This document shows, one piece after another, positions 61,022 through 64,000 of a DNA stretch of 64,000 bases. Under the pieces are notes generated by a model. It saw nothing but the letters and a program-made list of their open reading frames with translations, searched no databases and had not been told where the DNA came from. This DNA is from Tubulanus polymorphus. Lineage: Eukaryota > Animalia > Nemertea. Each line of letters begins with the position of its first letter. The first letter of the stretch is position 1. The position numbers were made by a program, and so were the translations under genes. Location of the stretch: positions 15,996,110 to 16,060,109 of the forward strand of contig NC_134030.1 of the NCBI RefSeq assembly GCF_964204645.1, given 5' to 3'.

Positions 61022-61194
61022 TTGGGTCCCATGAGAACAATATCACCATCAAGTTGATCACGCTTGTTAGTGACACGATGTGAAGACTTTTCGATGAAAT
61101 AATTAATTTTCCCTGTTAACATCGGATCGAAATTCAAATTGAAAAGATGAGCTACACTCTTCTTTTTCTCTTGCATAGCTTGAATTGCAGACAC
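61022..61194 (-). CDS. KIF28P: Host kinesin-3 exon (VSAIQ...AHLFNLNFDPMLTGKI...DIVLMGP)
   Basis: atAG/GTAAGT, phase 0/2; HL.NLN.DP.L motif preceding the kinesin-3 FHA. Confidence 0.92.
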
Positions 61195-61441
61195 CTATGA
61201 AATTAAACAAATGAGGTAAATTTATCCCTATCTTATCTCATACTATGATCCTCAGCTCAGCACTGATTTTTCTTAATATCTTAAATTTGTTTTCATTTAA
61301 AATCGAAATAGAATATTGTGGAAATGTTACATTCAAATATGGTATATTCACAAATATGCTAATGGTTTAAATTTTTGTTCAGCCATTACTGAGAAATAAG
61401 ACTTTCAAATTGCAGCAATTTCAGCATTTCCAATTCGCGTT

Positions 61442-61575
61442 TCTGACGTCATCTCTGACAAACGCTCACGACTTCCAGTCATTTCTCTAGACATTTCATA
61501 GGGTATCTTATCGTTTTTAGAAGTGTCTTTGAATTTTGAGTTCTTATCATTGTATACTGTTGCTACTTTTTACAT
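61442..61575 (+). repeat. Dispersed repeat also at 42322-42455
   Basis: TCTGACGTCATCTCTGACAA..CTTCCAGTCATTTC..CTAGACATTTCAT at both sites. Confidence 0.75.
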
Positions 61576-62627
61576 GATACGATAAACATATATTAGTGAG
61601 TAGCGCTATACACAGTGAACAAACGACGTTTATTTTATCGATTATACATAGGCTACGCGTACTAGCGCATGCACATGCTTGTGTTGATTGTCATAAAAAA
61701 AACATCATAAATAGCGCCACAGCGGGTAGTATGTGAACTATACGCACGAAATGAAAGATAAATTAACTTTTTTGATCAGTCACATCTTGTTGTATAGGTC
61801 GTTATATATATATTCAAGTTTCTTCCGTTTAAGTCATCGTAGAAAGTAGAATTTGATGGCATTTCAGGGTTCGAATTTCACGACGGCTAGTGCCAAAGAT
61901 GTATTAGTTCATAGCCGTTGACGCATCTTTGTACCGACGGCTTCAAAATGCCGTCTTTTATATTTCTTTAAAATGCCGTTGACAATTTCAATCACTGACA
62001 CCAGATTTTGTTACCAAAATTCTGTAAAAATTCTGAAAAGTTTGACATGAAATCGACAGTTACAGCGGCTGATGCATTAATTATATGCCATACGGTGCTG
62101 CCACCTGGCAAAATTCCTGTGCTAGCACCAACAAATATTTCCATACAGTGCTGCCACCTAACAAAAACAACTGCTATTAACATGAATTTTGATCTGAAAT
62201 TTTAAACTTCCAATACATGTAGGCCTAATATTCATTCCTTCAGTAGTTTAATTTAATAGTTATGAACAGTGCCATATTCTAGCTTTGAGAAATTACAGAT
62301 TATTAGAATAAAACTATGTTATAAGTTCTTTCAATAATCTAGTAATCAATTATTCAATTTCAATTACATATCATTATGAACTGACCCAACTCTAATGATT
62401 TCATTCTTAGTGTTTAATTTTTACAAATATTGTTGACAATATTATAATTGATTTGATATACAGTTTAAGTCAAGTAACCAAATAACATTGACTCTCATAT
62501 AGAATTAGTTTTCAATGTTCATGGAATGCACCATAACTAACCGGGTATTGTTTTCAAGATAGGCACTTGCGGTGGTGAGAGCTAGACTTGCTGTGGATCG
62601 TTTCCGCCATCCACAGCATTTCTGAAA

Positions 62628-63621
62628 GCAACTTGCTGTGGATAAAAAATTCTGAAATTCGAATCCTGTACCCTTACTCAAATCAGAGCGTACTTTCAAA
62701 GTCCTCAATTTACAAATGCAGTCATACCTCGATTTAACACCACCCTTGTGAATTCCTGATTTTGGCGGTAAATAGAGTGTGGCGGTTAATCGGGGTTTAG
62801 GTCGAGTGACTCAGATACCTAGTTTATACCTACTATCTGCTCAGATGTATATTGATGTGATGAATTTTAAGAAATATCTTAAAACACATCCTTTCAAAAT
62901 CAAAGAATTTTTACATAACAAACATTGGGGCACATCATGAAAATATCGTAGGCTAAAAGTAGGAATGGCATCACATGGGACATTTACGGTACATACTACG
63001 ATATTAATCACTGATCGATTAATAAATAGACATCGCTATCCCGTATGCCGCCTATCGCCGTAAATCATTGTCCGATTCAATCGCAGGGAGAAAATGCTAT
63101 TTTCTGTTGCGATGGATCTTTATTGCAACTTGCTGTGGATAAAAAATTCTGAAATTCGAATCCTGTACCCTTACTCAAATCAGAGCGTACTTTCAAAGTC
63201 CTCAATTTACAAATGCAGTCATACCTCGATTTAACACCACCCTTGTGAATTCCTGATTTTGGCGGTAAATAGAGTGTGGCGGTTAATCGGGGTTTAGGTC
63301 GAGTGACTCAGATACCTAGTATATACCTACTATCTGCTCAGATGTATATTGATGTGATGAATTTTAAGAAATATCTTAAAACACATCCTTTCAAAATCAA
63401 AGAATTTTTACTTAACAAACATTGGGGCACATCATGAAAATATCGTAGGCTAAAAGTAGGAATGGCATCACATGGGACATTTACGGTACATACTACGATA
63501 TTAATCACTGATCGATTAATAAATAGACATCGCTATCCCGTATGCCGCCTATTGCCGTAAATCATTGTCCGATTCAATCGCAGGGAGAAAATGCTATTTT
63601 CTGTTGCGATGGATCTTTATT
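62628..63621 (+). repeat. 497-bp tandem duplication including left end of a Tc1/pogo-type MITE (related to 11404-11602)
   Basis: 62628-63124 vs 63125-63621 near-identical; TIR CAGTCATACCTCGATTTAACAC in both and inverted at ~11582-11602. Confidence 0.93.
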
Positions 63622-64000
63622 CTTCCCTTTTTTCTTTTGCCATTAATGCAATTCGTTCCGTCAGTGCAATATAATGAAATAATTTTAATTACCGTACCTT
63701 ACTAGAGGGACAGACTTGCAACACAGTGATGTCATTTGATCGATGAACGAGGTCAGCGGTATGGTTTTATGTTGGCATATCATAATATAATTAAGGATTG
63801 ACTTACTCAACTTTCACAATGGCGGTAAATCGGGAAATTTTGTAAAACATTTGTATAGGATTGTACTAGGAGGTAACGTTGACAGTGGCGGTATGCGAGG
63901 GGTGGTAAGTCGGGTTTTTTCCTGTACATTTTAGATATGAATGTTCTGTTTCCCATTAAATCCAGGCTGTAGGTGAGGTTGGCGGTGAATCGGGGGCGTT

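Overview
Animal (probably invertebrate) genomic DNA. The backbone is a host kinesin-3 gene (KIF28P-like; FHA and C2-like stalk region) on the minus strand, present as at least 10 phase-compatible GT-AG exons from 61194 down to 8490. Its introns are packed with nested mobile elements. From left to right: (1) an apparently intact Gypsy LTR retrotransposon with gag, -1 frameshift/pseudoknot, pol and an unusual third ORF encoding a coiled-coil + SGNH-hydrolase in the env position; (2) a decayed LINE and a Penelope element; (3) a hAT-like family with 6-bp TSDs, three piggyBacs, Helentron/HINE-type repeats and MITEs; (4) a complete-ended but internally deleted Polinton/Maverick (43430-58953, AG..CT ends, GATGTG TSD). 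The Polinton has ~400-nt fold-back palindromes at both termini whose distal mismatches are all G.T wobbles on the 3'-terminal strand, TAAATG at most gene starts, a 115-bp palindromic repeat array and a block of small membrane-protein genes. All family assignments come from motif recognition by eye; no database search was run.
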